A stretch of 64,000 nt of DNA from Cyanobacteria bacterium P01_D01_bin.156. Its GTDB lineage: Bacteria; Cyanobacteriota; Cyanobacteriia; Phormidesmidales; Phormidesmidaceae. Within the stretch, counting starts at the first letter, position 1; every line of letters starts with the position of its first letter. The position numbers and the translations under genes were made by a program. Shown here piece after piece: positions 28,974 through 39,556 of this stretch. The notes below the pieces were generated by a model. That model ran no database searches, was not told the DNA's origin, and was given only the letters and a program-made list of their open reading frames with translations. The stretch is from positions 94,351-158,350 of the forward strand of contig JBCCQQ010000006.1 of NCBI GenBank assembly GCA_039024555.1. Reading direction: 5' to 3'.

Positions 28974-31001
28974 TTAGCTGGCGGCCACTTCAGCAACAAT
29001 CTTTTCCTTGAGTCTTTCAGGAACGGCATTCAGGTGATCGTACTGCCAGCTAAAGAAACCTACACCCATGCTGAGCGATCGCAACTCTAAAATTAGGGTT
29101 TGCATTTCTGCCACAGGCAACTGGGCTGAGACATCATCCCAACCGGGCCAGTTTTCCTTGTTGTCATAGCCCATTACCTGACCACGACGACCGCTAATTA
29201 GGGTTAACACATTGGAGGTAAATCGATTGGGAACCGATACCGACAGTGAGGCAATAGGTTCTAACAGGGTGGGCTGACAATCGGGCAAGCCGCTTTGCAT
29301 GGCAATCCGAGCCGCCTGCTTAAAGGCTTGGTCGGAACTATCTACATGGTGATAAGACCCATTTTTGAGGGTAACGGAAACATCCACGACAGGAAAACCC
29401 AGTGGTCCCTGTTTGAGAAATTCTCGTACGCCGGTTTCGACGCTAGGAATATACTGTTTAGGCACAACGCCGCCAACAATTTTCTCAGCAAATTTAAATC
29501 CTTCTCCTCTTGGTAGGGGATTAATGTCGATGTAGATATCACCAAATTGTCCGTGGCCACCGGTTTGATGCTTATAGCGCCCTCGAATATCGGATTTGGC
29601 ATGGCGGATGGTTTCTTTGTAAGCCACCTGGGGAGTGTGGGTGCTCATGGGCACATTGTATTTGCGCCGTAGCCAGTCCATGGCGATTTTTAGATGTACG
29701 TCGCCCTGACCCCACAAAATAACTTCGTGGGTGTCGCCATGCTGCTCCCAATGAAGGGCAGGATCTTCTTCCACTAGTTTATTGAGGGCACCGCTGAGTT
29801 TTACTTCGTCGTTGCGGTTTTCAGCGGTTACAGCCAGGGAATACACGGCGGGTAAAATGTCTGCTTTTGGCAGGATTTTACTGGTTTCTGTGGTGCTGAG
29901 GGTGTCACCGGTTTTAGCGTTTTCTAAGCGAGCGATCGCAACGATGCTACCGGCTTCCGCCGCACTCAGACTTTGTTGTTGATTGCCCATCAGGGAGTAC
30001 AAGCCCCCCATGCGGTCTTCTCTAAGGCTGGCTCCATCTTTCAGGGTGCCGCGCCACAGCCTTGCTAAAGATAGTTTTCCTCCCTGGGGACTGTAATAGG
30101 TTTTTAGAATTTGTACCAGAGGCTCGTTTGATTTGATGTCAATGCCTCGCCGTTCAGCAGTAACTTGCGGTTCTGGAGTTTCTCTTACCAGCGCATCCAA
30201 TAGGGGGCGTACGCCATAGTCTTGGGAAGCCACACCAACAAAGACGGGCACCACCAAATCTGCGCCCAGCTCCATTTTTAGATCCTGGATAATTTCATCT
30301 TCAGGAGGATCAATTTCTTCTAGCAGTTCTTCTAACAGGTGGTCGTCAAAGTCTGCCAGGGTTTCTAGCATTTCTGTACGGGCCGCTTTTTCTTCCTCGG
30401 CTAACTCCTCGGGCAGTGGTACCGGATCGGCGGCAGCGCCTGCATGATAGTGATAGGCCTGTTCACTCACAAGGTCGATAAAACCGACTAAATCTTCTCC
30501 AAAGCCAATGGGATATTGGTGAGGAACCAAGGGACGGCTGGAGACAGATTTCAACGCATCGAGGACTTCTGCAAAGGGCGCACTGGCTCGATCCATTTTG
30601 TTGAGATAGAGGACGTGGGGAATTTCCCACTTATCGAGGAAGTGCAGCAGCGGTGATACGGTAAGCACGCGACTAGGATTCGGTTCGCACACCACAATGG
30701 CGGCATCTACTCCCATCAGGACATGAAGTGGTTCCTGGAGTAGTTCGATGGAACCAGGGCAGTCGAGGAATGTAAAACGAATGCCGCCGTACTCAGTACA
30801 GGCGGCATTCGTTTCAACCGTCATTTGGCGATTGCGAGCTTCGGGCGTATGGTCACCAGTCGTATTGCCCTCTGGGATGGAGCCCTTACGTGAAATTGCA
30901 CCAGTGACCGAAAGCAGACTCTCAAGTAATGTTGTTTTTCCACTTGAGTAAGGACCCACAATCGCCACGTTTCGTGAACGAGAGACAGCGGCTTTTGCCA
31001 T
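28974..31001 (-). CDS. Elongation factor G paralog (EF-G2-like)
   Basis: GPYSSGKTT, DCPGS, NKMD, EEDP, GQGDVHL, KHQTGGHGQFG, GSYHHVDSS. Start moved to MAKAAV. Confidence 0.93.
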   Translation of the reverse strand: MAKAAVSRSRNVAIVGPYSSGKTTLLESLLSVTGAISRKGSIPEGNTTGDHTPEARNRQMTVETNAACTEYGGIRFTFLDCPGSIELLQEPLHVLMGVDAAIVVCEPNPSRVLTVSPLLHFLDKWEIPHVLYLNKMDRASAPFAEVLDALKSVSSRPLVPHQYPIGFGEDLVGFIDLVSEQAYHYHAGAAADPVPLPEELAEEEKAARTEMLETLADFDDHLLEELLEEIDPPEDEIIQDLKMELGADLVVPVFVGVASQDYGVRPLLDALVRETPEPQVTAERRGIDIKSNEPLVQILKTYYSPQGGKLSLARLWRGTLKDGASLREDRMGGLYSLMGNQQQSLSAAEAGSIVAIARLENAKTGDTLSTTETSKILPKADILPAVYSLAVTAENRNDEVKLSGALNKLVEEDPALHWEQHGDTHEVILWGQGDVHLKIAMDWLRRKYNVPMSTHTPQVAYKETIRHAKSDIRGRYKHQTGGHGQFGDIYIDINPLPRGEGFKFAEKIVGGVVPKQYIPSVETGVREFLKQGPLGFPVVDVSVTLKNGSYHHVDSSDQAFKQAARIAMQSGLPDCQPTLLEPIASLSVSVPNRFTSNVLTLISGRRGQVMGYDNKENWPGWDDVSAQLPVAEMQTLILELRSLSMGVGFFSWQYDHLNAVPERLKEKIVAEVAAS

Positions 31002-31384
31002 AGGTTTACCCCTTTTCATTATAAAGAGAAGACTATTGGCCAAGCTCAGATTGGATTTTCTAGGTTATGGGACGTCTGAACTTGTAGAGCAGGGGAGAAT
31101 ACCTCTCAACGGATAGTGTGGGCAAAATCAAAGGTTAAGAATGTGCTGATCCCCTGGAATATATTGCTAGCCTAGCGCTGCTACAAGTCTCCAATAACAA
31201 GGTGTTTGAAAAAGTTCACCAGGTTAAGAAGCGTAAGGGGGTTTGAAGTTTTTAGGTTTAACTGTTGAGTTTTGAAATAGACACTAACTCAACACAGAAT
31301 GATTTCTCAATGTAAAATTCGGAATTTTGAAGTTTCTCCATTTCTGAACTCTGATTTCCAAACTCCGAATTCTGTCTCACCAGA

Positions 31385-31501
31385 CTATTTCCAGTTGTTG
31401 TTAACGCCAATCAAGTTGCCAAACAGCATAATAAAGCCACTGATTGAAATGATGACGGCCAGAATCACGAAAATGCCATCGTAGGCGGCTAGGTCTTCCA
31501 T
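31385..31501 (-). CDS. 38-aa single-pass membrane microprotein (not in the ORF track)
   Basis: ATG...TAG reads MEDLAAYDGIFVILAVIISISGFIMLFGNLIGVNNNWK; one clear TM helix; imperfect hairpin downstream (about 31316-31371). Confidence 0.6.
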   Translation of the reverse strand: MEDLAAYDGIFVILAVIISISGFIMLFGNLIGVNNNWK

Positions 31502-31748
31502 GGTGCTGCTCTGAATTTTCTACTTCTATAGTTTAGAGGTCAGGGTAGCGTTAAGGGCACGCTACCCTCCGAATTAATCGATGATGGTGTCGCTGTAGTG
31601 AGTGGTATTTATAATCTACGCGGTTGGTTAATGGCCAGACGCTAAGTATGGTAAACGCTTACCCCTTAGATGGCTCCAGCAAAATATCGAATAGGGCTTG
31701 TTTGCTGATGCTAAGCCAAAGAAATAATTGAATGCTGGATGTTGACAG

Positions 31749-32750
31749 CTAGAGATTCCCCTGGGGAGGAATTGGCCTTGAGCACTCAATTAGATTTATC
31801 AGGGTGACTTCCCACACTAACCGGGGCTGCACATAGCGCAGTAGTTGCTTCCTGGCGAGTTCCAGCTGTTGCATCCCCTGGGCATATCTCTGCTGCCAGC
31901 GGTTTTGCTGCAGATATTCTAATAACCATAGCTGGGATTCGGGCTCTAGGGTTTGGGTAATTTGGCGGGCTAGGGTCAGGGCTTGACGCACATCTGGCAG
32001 GGGCTGAGTAACTTGATAGATTAGATCTGGAGGAATGGTTTGTAACTGTTGCCAACTTGAGATCGCACTGCCCGGACTGCCCTGGGCCAAACCTAGTACT
32101 TCGGCTGACTCCAAAATATCGCCATGGCCTGTTTGGGTAAGGACTTGGGTCAAATCAGCCGGGCTTAAGCGGCGAAAAGGGATGGTTTGACATCGAGAAA
32201 TTAGCGTTGGTAATAAGGTCTGCTGATCCGGGGCCATCAAAATCAATGTTGCCTGACCGGGTTCTTCCAGGGTTTTGAGTAAACCATTAGCAGCAGCTTC
32301 TGCAATTAGTTCCGCTGCTTCAATTACTACCACTGAACGAGTTGCTTCTAGTGGGGGGCGGCTTAAAAAACGCGCAATATCCCGAATTTGCTCTAAACGC
32401 ACCTGGGGGCGTCCGCGTCGTTTTAATCCAGTTGCTTGGGCTTCGGCAACGCTCAGCAGTTTACCCTGATGTAGATAGGTGGGTTCTACCCACATCAGAT
32501 CAGGATGGTTGCGGGACTCAATGCGACGTTTCAGGTTATTTGAGGAACTATGTCCATCCTGTAACAATAGGGTAGTGAAAGCGGTTGCCACCAGACTACG
32601 TCCTATACCTGCAGGTCCAACAAATAAATATCCTGGCGCAATCCGTTGCCTGATAGTTGCTTGTACCAGCAGCTCAATTGCCTGAGATTGACCAACTACA
32701 TGGGCGAATGTCTGCAGCAGCAATGATTTATTGGGTGATGTTACGGACAT
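31749..32750 (-). CDS. holB: DNA polymerase III delta' subunit
   Basis: YLFVGPAGIGR, NHPDL, AANGLLKTLEEP, TLISRCQ; coupled to tmk. Confidence 0.95.
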   Translation of the reverse strand: MSVTSPNKSLLLQTFAHVVGQSQAIELLVQATIRQRIAPGYLFVGPAGIGRSLVATAFTTLLLQDGHSSSNNLKRRIESRNHPDLMWVEPTYLHQGKLLSVAEAQATGLKRRGRPQVRLEQIRDIARFLSRPPLEATRSVVVIEAAELIAEAAANGLLKTLEEPGQATLILMAPDQQTLLPTLISRCQTIPFRRLSPADLTQVLTQTGHGDILESAEVLGLAQGSPGSAISSWQQLQTIPPDLIYQVTQPLPDVRQALTLARQITQTLEPESQLWLLEYLQQNRWQQRYAQGMQQLELARKQLLRYVQPRLVWEVTLINLIECSRPIPPQGNL

Positions 32751-32751
32751 A

Positions 32752-33408
32752 CTAAAGGCCATACCATGATTGCAAGTGCTGAGAGACAATGGCTTGAATT
32801 TGTTTAGCCACATCTGTTTGGGTTAGGCTAGCATCCACGGTCACAAACCCATTCGCTTGGGCCGCAAACCCCTGATGTACCCGACGATGGAACTCAAGAC
32901 CAGCCTGTTCGATGCGGTCTGCTTTTCCCCGTGCACTCATTCGAGCCAAGCCCTGTTCCACATCTATTTTTAACCAGAGGGTGAGGTCGCTGGTCAGACC
33001 TCCGGTGGCAATGGCATTGAGCTGTTTAATCAGGTCTAAATTTAGCTGACGACCATAGCCTTGGTAGGCAATCGTGGAAGCGATATAGCGATCGCACAGA
33101 ACTAAATGACCGTTTTCCAGTGCAGGTAACAGGATTTGTGCCACATGCTGAGCGCGATCAGCTGCGTATAACAATAGCTCTGATGTACTGAAAAGAGACT
33201 CTGAGTCTGACGAAGGAGTCAGCAATATTTGCCTAATGTGTTGGCCAATACTAGTACCACCAGGCTGACGGGTGATCGTCACACCCGTTGGACAGTTGGC
33301 TAATGGACAGTCAGTCAAGATGGGGAGCAACCACCGATATAAATCTTGAAGCTGAGTGGTTTTTCCACTTCCTTCGATACCTTCAAAGACGATGAATTTA
33401 CCACGCAT
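32752..33408 (-). CDS. tmk: Thymidylate kinase
   Basis: FEGIEGSGKTTQ, LLYAADRAQH, CDRY, AYQGYGR. Confidence 0.97.
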   Translation of the reverse strand: MRGKFIVFEGIEGSGKTTQLQDLYRWLLPILTDCPLANCPTGVTITRQPGGTSIGQHIRQILLTPSSDSESLFSTSELLLYAADRAQHVAQILLPALENGHLVLCDRYIASTIAYQGYGRQLNLDLIKQLNAIATGGLTSDLTLWLKIDVEQGLARMSARGKADRIEQAGLEFHRRVHQGFAAQANGFVTVDASLTQTDVAKQIQAIVSQHLQSWYGL

Positions 33409-33423
33409 TAGTCAGTCTAAAAT

Positions 33424-33457
33424 TCTGATTGCCAACACTGTCTGATTGCCAACATTG
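33424..33457. repeat. 17-bp tandem duplication upstream of tmk
   Basis: TCTGATTGCCAACACTG TCTGATTGCCAACATTG. Confidence 0.8.
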
Positions 33458-33905
33458 TGAGAATAGAAATACGTATTCAAGAATTTCAATAATACTTTTA
33501 TACGGCAATCCCTATGGGGACGCAGCTTATAATGCCCGTGGCTTCAAAGGATAACTATTGTGTTTTCTAGACAGCTAAATAGCCTTAGAGTACTCTAACT
33601 ATTGTGTACGTGTAAATGGCAAGGTCTTGAATTACACAGATATCAATTTAGAAAGGTACGATTATGGCTAAGTAGAAGAAAACACCTTCTCAGACTTAAC
33701 CTATGGTTATCCTGAAAAGTTTACTGTTCCCTGGTAGAGGTGAAATAAGGCGCACATTTTATACTGATCTAATTCCTGTCAAATCCAAAGTAGATTACCT
33801 ATAGTTTAGATTTTCAGCAGGATATATCTGTGCTCCTACGTTTGATACCTTGCCCTTAACAAATGCATTGGACTCTAAAACTGTGCAGTAGCTCTCAAGT
33901 TTTCC

Positions 33906-34244
33906 ATGGCTCGATACACTAATCTGTTTGTAAGCGTTCTTCCTGCCCGTAATCTTCGTGAATCTTTGCCGGATGTACTTCAATCTTGCGGTCTACATAT
34001 GGTCTATCAGGATGGAGACTATATGATGGCCAAGGAACTTCCAGGTGGGGTTTCTTACAGTCAGCTGGCTACTGTAGAGGTTTTAATTGGGTCTACTGAA
34101 ACAACGACTGAACAAGTCCGTGAAAATTCTGCTGCCACAGTTAATTTAGTAGTGAAAAACGAAGAGCTTCCTTTGAAAGCAAATAACCACTGCCGCCAAA
34201 TTTTTCAGCGGGTGAATCAGGCTATTGAGAGAAAGGCTAGCTAA
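33906..34244 (+). CDS. Conserved-looking cyanobacterial hypothetical protein
   Basis: 112 aa: MARYT..., DYMMAKE, KNEELPLKANNHC. Confidence 0.8.
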   Translation: MARYTNLFVSVLPARNLRESLPDVLQSCGLHMVYQDGDYMMAKELPGGVSYSQLATVEVLIGSTETTTEQVRENSAATVNLVVKNEELPLKANNHCRQIFQRVNQAIERKAS

Positions 34245-34350
34245 TGTTCCAAACCCTGCTATTTAATCTGTGTTGTTCCTAGCTGTTTTGTAGAGATTAA
34301 CACCGTAGAAACAGGCAAACACATAGGGACGGGAAGTAGCCTCTTACAAA

Positions 34351-34776
34351 CTAGCCATCATCCTCTTCATCAATCATATTGGGACTGATTAAGGTGATAT
34401 CAAACTCGTCAGGCGGAACTGTTGAGGTGGTGTCTCGCTTTAGCTGATAATAGATTGCACGAGCTTGGGGTCCAAAGACAATCTCGTCTTCATTCTTTAG
34501 ATCATGGGCCTGCAGTTTTCGTCCATTAATTAGCATGCCGTTGGCGCTCGGCTTGCCTTTTAAGTTACCATCCACAATACGATAGTAATACGTCTCATCA
34601 TCCCTTGGTAATTGAACTAGGGTCGCATGATGTCTGGATACAAACTGTGAGGCTAGACGGATGTCACATTTTGCATCTCGACCAACTGAATAGACAGAGC
34701 TATCTAGAACTATCTCCCGTCGACCCTGACTATCCTCGACTATAAGAATACTGCTGAGATGGGAACCTGAAGCCAT
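34351..34776 (-). CDS. FHA domain protein
   Basis: SVGR, VSRHHA, SANGMLING FHA motifs. Start moved to MASGSH. Confidence 0.92.
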   Translation of the reverse strand: MASGSHLSSILIVEDSQGRREIVLDSSVYSVGRDAKCDIRLASQFVSRHHATLVQLPRDDETYYYRIVDGNLKGKPSANGMLINGRKLQAHDLKNEDEIVFGPQARAIYYQLKRDTTSTVPPDEFDITLISPNMIDEEDDG

Positions 34777-35064
34777 ACTAACCGTAAAATAATAATTTTT
34801 TGAAGAAACCCGAAGAATCAAACTTGCATACTGTCAGTATTCTGTCAGTATCTAGAACCTTCAGGATTCTCTTAGATATTTAGTTTGGTGCAACCAGATA
34901 TGCCATTGACTGGGCACAAGCCCTCTTGTTTGTTGAACGTACGTGCTAGCTAGTCAGCTGAATAGCTTTCCTTTGCTAGAACAGGAAATCCCACATGAGG
35001 AACCCCAACACAGCTGACAATATAGCATTCCCGGCTCAGTATTAAACATCCCTAAGAGCAGAAA

Positions 35065-35108
35065 TAACGTGAGCGTTGCTATTCAAAAGAACAGCAACGC
35101 TCACGTTA
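35065..35108 (-). terminator. Hairpin downstream of prk
   Basis: TAACGTGAGCGTTGCT/AGCAACGCTCACGTTA 16-bp arms. Confidence 0.7.
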
Positions 35109-35125
35109 AATATTTTCAAGTCAGA

Positions 35126-36133
35126 TTAAGCTACAGTTACGACATCTTTGGCTAGACTGCTAGTCAAACGCTCATAAGTAGCGCGCATTTTCAAGCCAAC
35201 CAAAACTTGGAATAATCCTGTTCCATTATTGGAACCAGGATACTCTCGATGCTTGAGTAGAAGCTCAGTCATTTCACCATAGCTACGGGTGGAAATATTG
35301 CTAAGGTGTTCCTCAACGTAAATCAACTCTTCCAGTTTCTCAAACTGTCCATCAATTTCTAAAATTGACACTTCATTACCCATGTATGCATCCGGGCCAT
35401 AGGCCATACGAATACCTGGATAGGAACAAGTTAATTTACGACCACAGGGAATCCAATCAATGGTAGAGCCTTCATCAAACAAGTAAGCTGGTTCAAACCC
35501 TTCGATGCCTTCCTTCTGAATCATTTGAACCCGAAGAATTTTGCGCTCCTTGTCATCCTTAATCAGATTGGTTGGCAGCACTTGTAGAACAACATCCGCA
35601 TACTGCTTCTGAACATCAATGTAGGCTTCAAAATCAGGTTTACGGGCTTGGATAGATGCTAAAACATCCTCATAAGTGTGACCACGCTCTGCCATGTCGC
35701 GCTGGATCTTCCAGGCAATTTTAACTTCATCACTGATATCTAGATAGACACTAAAGTCTAGTAACCCTCTTACACGCTCATCGTATAAAGGATGTAAACC
35801 TTCGATAACTATGATGTGATTGGGGACAACCCGCTCAGGAGGATCAATATAACCGGTTTCATGGTTATAAATAGGCTTATCAATGGATTGACCTGATTTC
35901 AGCGCCTTAATCTGCTCATACATCAGGTCGAAGTTATTAGCTTTGGGATTCAGAGCCGTCACCCCTACTTCCTTGCGCTGCTTACGATCTAGACTGTGGT
36001 AGTCATCCAGGCAAATGACAGTAATAAATTCTTCACCAAACAGATCGCTAAGACGCTTCAGAAATGTGGATTTACCACAGCCTGAATCGCCAGCAACACC
36101 AATTAAAACCACGCGTTCGGGCTGACTGGTCAT
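35126..36133 (-). CDS. prk: Phosphoribulokinase
   Basis: GVAGDSGCGKST, ICLDDYHSLDR, PCGRKLTCSYPG. Confidence 0.99.
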   Translation of the reverse strand: MTSQPERVVLIGVAGDSGCGKSTFLKRLSDLFGEEFITVICLDDYHSLDRKQRKEVGVTALNPKANNFDLMYEQIKALKSGQSIDKPIYNHETGYIDPPERVVPNHIIVIEGLHPLYDERVRGLLDFSVYLDISDEVKIAWKIQRDMAERGHTYEDVLASIQARKPDFEAYIDVQKQYADVVLQVLPTNLIKDDKERKILRVQMIQKEGIEGFEPAYLFDEGSTIDWIPCGRKLTCSYPGIRMAYGPDAYMGNEVSILEIDGQFEKLEELIYVEEHLSNISTRSYGEMTELLLKHREYPGSNNGTGLFQVLVGLKMRATYERLTSSLAKDVVTVA

Positions 36134-36599
36134 GGAGTCCTCTTATCAGAATAGTTAACAAATTTATATGAAACCAACAACGAGCCTGAAAACCCCTGGC
36201 TCTGTTGAGAATCGGCGATGGGTTTTGAACGTTGCAAAAGTTATATTTAATTTTATCAGAATCTGTAACCTTTTAGAAGGCTGGATAAACGTTGTTCTGG
36301 GAAGACTTTGCTCTTCTATCAAAGGCCATGTATTTCCTGGCAATTCTTGATAGGCTATGGGGTAATTGTTAACGTCGGTCATCAAAACTATAGAGGAGTA
36401 GGCGACTGGTTTTTGAGTTTTGTCTCCACTTAGGCGTATAACTTTTTACTCCTTCAGATCACCTGTTTGCTACGCTGATCAAGCGCCGGTCTAGACCGAT
36501 GCGGTTTTTTATAAAATGTCAGCTTTACATTATTGTTTGGCTTTTGTGTTCTTTAAGCAGTTAGCCAGACACATTTGAACTCTTTTTCCTCAGATCAAT

Positions 36600-37181
36600 A
36601 TGGCTGTTTCTAAAGCAAAGGTTTCTGATTCGACTGATACAAATGAGGTCCTACAGCGGGATATTTTAGGGTCTCGTCGATTGAGTAACTATTGGTGGGC
36701 TCTGGTCACAACTGTTGGTGGCACAGGGTTCTTGCTGGCTGGTGTCTCTAGCTACACCGGAATAAATTTGCTTCCTTTTGCTGATCCAACACAGCTGATT
36801 TTTATTCCTCAAGGAATTGTGATGTGCTTTTACGGCACGGCTGCCTTGCTGTTGTCTCTTTACCTCTGGTTGATTTGCATCTGGAATGTGGGCGGAGGTT
36901 ACAACCGTTTTGATAAGGTTGCCCAGGAAGCAGAAATTTTCCGTTGGGGTTTCCCTGGCAAAAATCGAAAAATTGATTTCAAGTATCCGTTGAACTCGGT
37001 GACAGCGATTCGTGTAGAAATTCGCGAGGGGTTGAACCCAAAACGTGCAATCTATCTCAGAGTTAAAGGGAAGGGCGATATTCCTTTGACCCGTGTGGGG
37101 CAACCGATGTCCTTATCGGCTGTAGAAAATCAGGGTGCTGAATTAGCAAGATTCCTACAGATTCCTTTAGAGGGACTATAA
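36600..37181 (+). CDS. ycf4: Photosystem I assembly protein Ycf4
   Basis: GSRRLSNYWWA, PQGIVMCFYG, FRWGFPGKNR, IPLTRVG. Confidence 0.98.
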   Translation: MAVSKAKVSDSTDTNEVLQRDILGSRRLSNYWWALVTTVGGTGFLLAGVSSYTGINLLPFADPTQLIFIPQGIVMCFYGTAALLLSLYLWLICIWNVGGGYNRFDKVAQEAEIFRWGFPGKNRKIDFKYPLNSVTAIRVEIREGLNPKRAIYLRVKGKGDIPLTRVGQPMSLSAVENQGAELARFLQIPLEGL

Positions 37182-37250
37182 AACGCGCTGTAATAGGCCT
37201 GTGCCATTTGCAAGTTAGAAATGACGTGATCTGCAAAAGCTAACTTTTGA

Positions 37251-37291
37251 ACATTGCTAATGATAGGGATGCTCTCCATCATTAGCAATGT
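37251..37291 (+). terminator. Hairpin between ycf4 and the cyclophilin gene
   Basis: ACATTGCTAATGAT/ATCATTAGCAATGT arms; a T run follows shortly after. Confidence 0.55.
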
Positions 37292-37388
37292 CAGTCTTTT
37301 TCTTGAATAACATTTCTACTGTTGAAAAGGTTGTTGGCCTGTGACAAGATATGGTGCCTTGATTGCCTCAACGAAGGAAGGATGAATC

Positions 37389-38138
37389 ATGATTTTGGGT
37401 TTCCGCATGCGATGGGCTATCGGTTTGGTCATGGCGTTACTGATGGTTGGTTGTGCAGCAGGCACAACCGAGCCGTCAGAGTCTGCTGCTCCTGCAGACG
37501 AACCAGCGGAAGTATCGGTAGCTGCAGTGACATCTGCTCCTGAAGGGCTAGCTGAATTGAATGGAACTGCGACAATCGAGTTGATGGTAAACGGTGAACG
37601 AATTGTTGTGGAAGTGGATGGTACTAAAGCTCCAATCACCGCCGGAAATTTTGTGGATCTAGTTGACCGAGGTGTCTATGACGGCACGGTTTTTCATAGA
37701 GTAGTGCGTGAACCTCAACCTTTTGTTGTGCAGGGGGGTGATCCTCAAAGTAAGGATCCCTCAGTTCCGGTTCAGCAGCTGGGGACTGGAGGGTTTGTGG
37801 ATCCAGAAACTCAACAGAAGCGGGTGATTCCATTGGAAATCACTTCTACTGGTTCAGAGAAACCTATATATAGCCAAACATTTGATATGGCAGGAGAAAC
37901 GGCTAAACCTGCTCTGCAACATACCCATGGGGCGGTGGCTATGGCCCGTTCTCAGTTCCCAGACTCTGCGTCCTCGCAGTTTTACTTTGCCCTGGCGGAT
38001 CTGCCCTTTCTGGATGGTAGTTATGCTGTATTTGGTTATGTCACCGAAGGGTTGGATGTTGTGGATACCATTCAACAGGGAGATGTCTTAGAGTCAGCAG
38101 TGGTAACTAACGGGTTGGATAATTTAGCCGTCGAGTAG
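37389..38138 (+). CDS. Cyclophilin-type peptidyl-prolyl isomerase (probable lipoprotein)
   Basis: LMVG|C lipobox-like, [31 protein letters not shown]. Confidence 0.95.
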   Translation: MILGFRMRWAIGLVMALLMVGCAAGTTEPSESAAPADEPAEVSVAAVTSAPEGLAELNGTATIELMVNGERIVVEVDGTKAPITAGNFVDLVDRGVYDGTVFHRVVREPQPFVVQGGDPQSKDPSVPVQQLGTGGFVDPETQQKRVIPLEITSTGSEKPIYSQTFDMAGETAKPALQHTHGAVAMARSQFPDSASSQFYFALADLPFLDGSYAVFGYVTEGLDVVDTIQQGDVLESAVVTNGLDNLAVE

Positions 38139-38226
38139 GTTCCTTTGGGTAAAGTTTTGCCAGCATTGGTTACTGACATTGATGCTGAAGTGTTAGGGTT
38201 TCTGCGTTCTGTAGATAAGCTTCCCG

Positions 38227-39336
38227 ATGGTTGATGTTGTCGTGACCGGTGTTGGCCTATGGACAGCACTAGGCTCCGACGTAAAGTCGAATTGGTTAGC
38301 CTTGCTGGCTGGGAAAAGTGCGATCGCATTGCGTCAACCTTTTTTGTCCTTACCAGTTATGCCTCTGGCAATGTTGGATAAGCGTCCGGCGGATCCGGAG
38401 GACATTGCCAAGGGAGTTGTTAAAGCTGCCCTGGCAGATGCAGGATATCGTCCTCCCCTGGAAAATTGTTCAGTAGTCGTGGGCTCTAGCCGCAGTTACC
38501 TCAATCGTTGGGAAGCGATGATGAGGGGAGAAGAGTCTCTAGAAAACTGGCTGACGGCATTACCCTGTGCTCTATCGCATCAGATAGCTCACGTGGTAGG
38601 AAGCCAAGGGCCGGTTTTAGCTCCCATGGCGGCTTGTGCCACAGGTATTTGGGCTCTGTTCCATGGCTATATGCTGTTACAAAGTGAGCGTTGCTCGCGA
38701 GTGGTGGTGGTGGCTGTGGATGCAACTGTCACTCCTCTAACATTGACGGGATTTCGCCGGATGGGGGCAATGGCGAAGGAGGGCTGCTATCCCTTTGATT
38801 GCGATCGCACAGGTCTGGTTTTGGGAGAAGGCGCCGCTGCAGTTGTACTGGAAACCAGAAAAGCTAAAACTAAAAACATCTATGGTCAAATTCTTGGTTT
38901 TGGGCTGAGTAACGATGCATATCATGTGAGTTCGTCACGGCCTGACGGAGCCCTATCAGTGGCCCAACAATGTTTACAACGCAGTGGTCTACATCCTGGT
39001 GATATTGATTATGTCCATGCCCATGGCACCGGTACCCGATTAAACGATGCCAATGAGGCTTACATGATTGAGCAGCTTTTGCCACAGGCTGCGGTGAGTT
39101 CTACGAAAGGGGCCACGGGACATACCCTGGGGGCAGCCGGATTAGTAGGTACGGTATTTAGTTTGTTAAGCCTCAAAAATCAGTGTGTCCCACCCTGTGT
39201 TGGATTAAAGAAATCTGAATTTGCCATCAATCTTATCCAAGGGGAAGCTAAGCAAATAGCTGTAAATCGAGTGTTAAGCAGTAGTTTTGGCTTTGGTGGA
39301 CAAAATGCTGTGGTTGCGATCGCCCGTAATTCTTGA
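38227..39336 (+). CDS. Beta-ketoacyl-ACP synthase (FabF-like, short form)
   Basis: AACATG catalytic Cys, HAHGTGT, KGATGH, SFGFGGQNA. Confidence 0.92.
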   Translation: MVDVVVTGVGLWTALGSDVKSNWLALLAGKSAIALRQPFLSLPVMPLAMLDKRPADPEDIAKGVVKAALADAGYRPPLENCSVVVGSSRSYLNRWEAMMRGEESLENWLTALPCALSHQIAHVVGSQGPVLAPMAACATGIWALFHGYMLLQSERCSRVVVVAVDATVTPLTLTGFRRMGAMAKEGCYPFDCDRTGLVLGEGAAAVVLETRKAKTKNIYGQILGFGLSNDAYHVSSSRPDGALSVAQQCLQRSGLHPGDIDYVHAHGTGTRLNDANEAYMIEQLLPQAAVSSTKGATGHTLGAAGLVGTVFSLLSLKNQCVPPCVGLKKSEFAINLIQGEAKQIAVNRVLSSSFGFGGQNAVVAIARNS

Positions 39337-39556
39337 CAAATCCATTACCGTTACTAATGTTCTACCCCTGGTTATCAAAAGAGAACGCTAAACTAGGGAT
39401 ATTGATTTGCCGCTGCTGATTCAGAGGATTGATGAAGGGGCAATCTGCAGGTGTAGAGTGCCGCTGGTCCCAGTCAAAAAGGCTCCTCCAAAGTTACACA
39501 CTATCCTTGACTTCGTCTGCGCTCAAATTAGTTTTTAGGTTTACGTTTCTATTTAT

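Noticed and set aside
31299..31484. 61-aa plus-strand ORF
   Set aside because: Antisense shadow of the more protein-like 38-aa ORF, and it runs through a hairpin.
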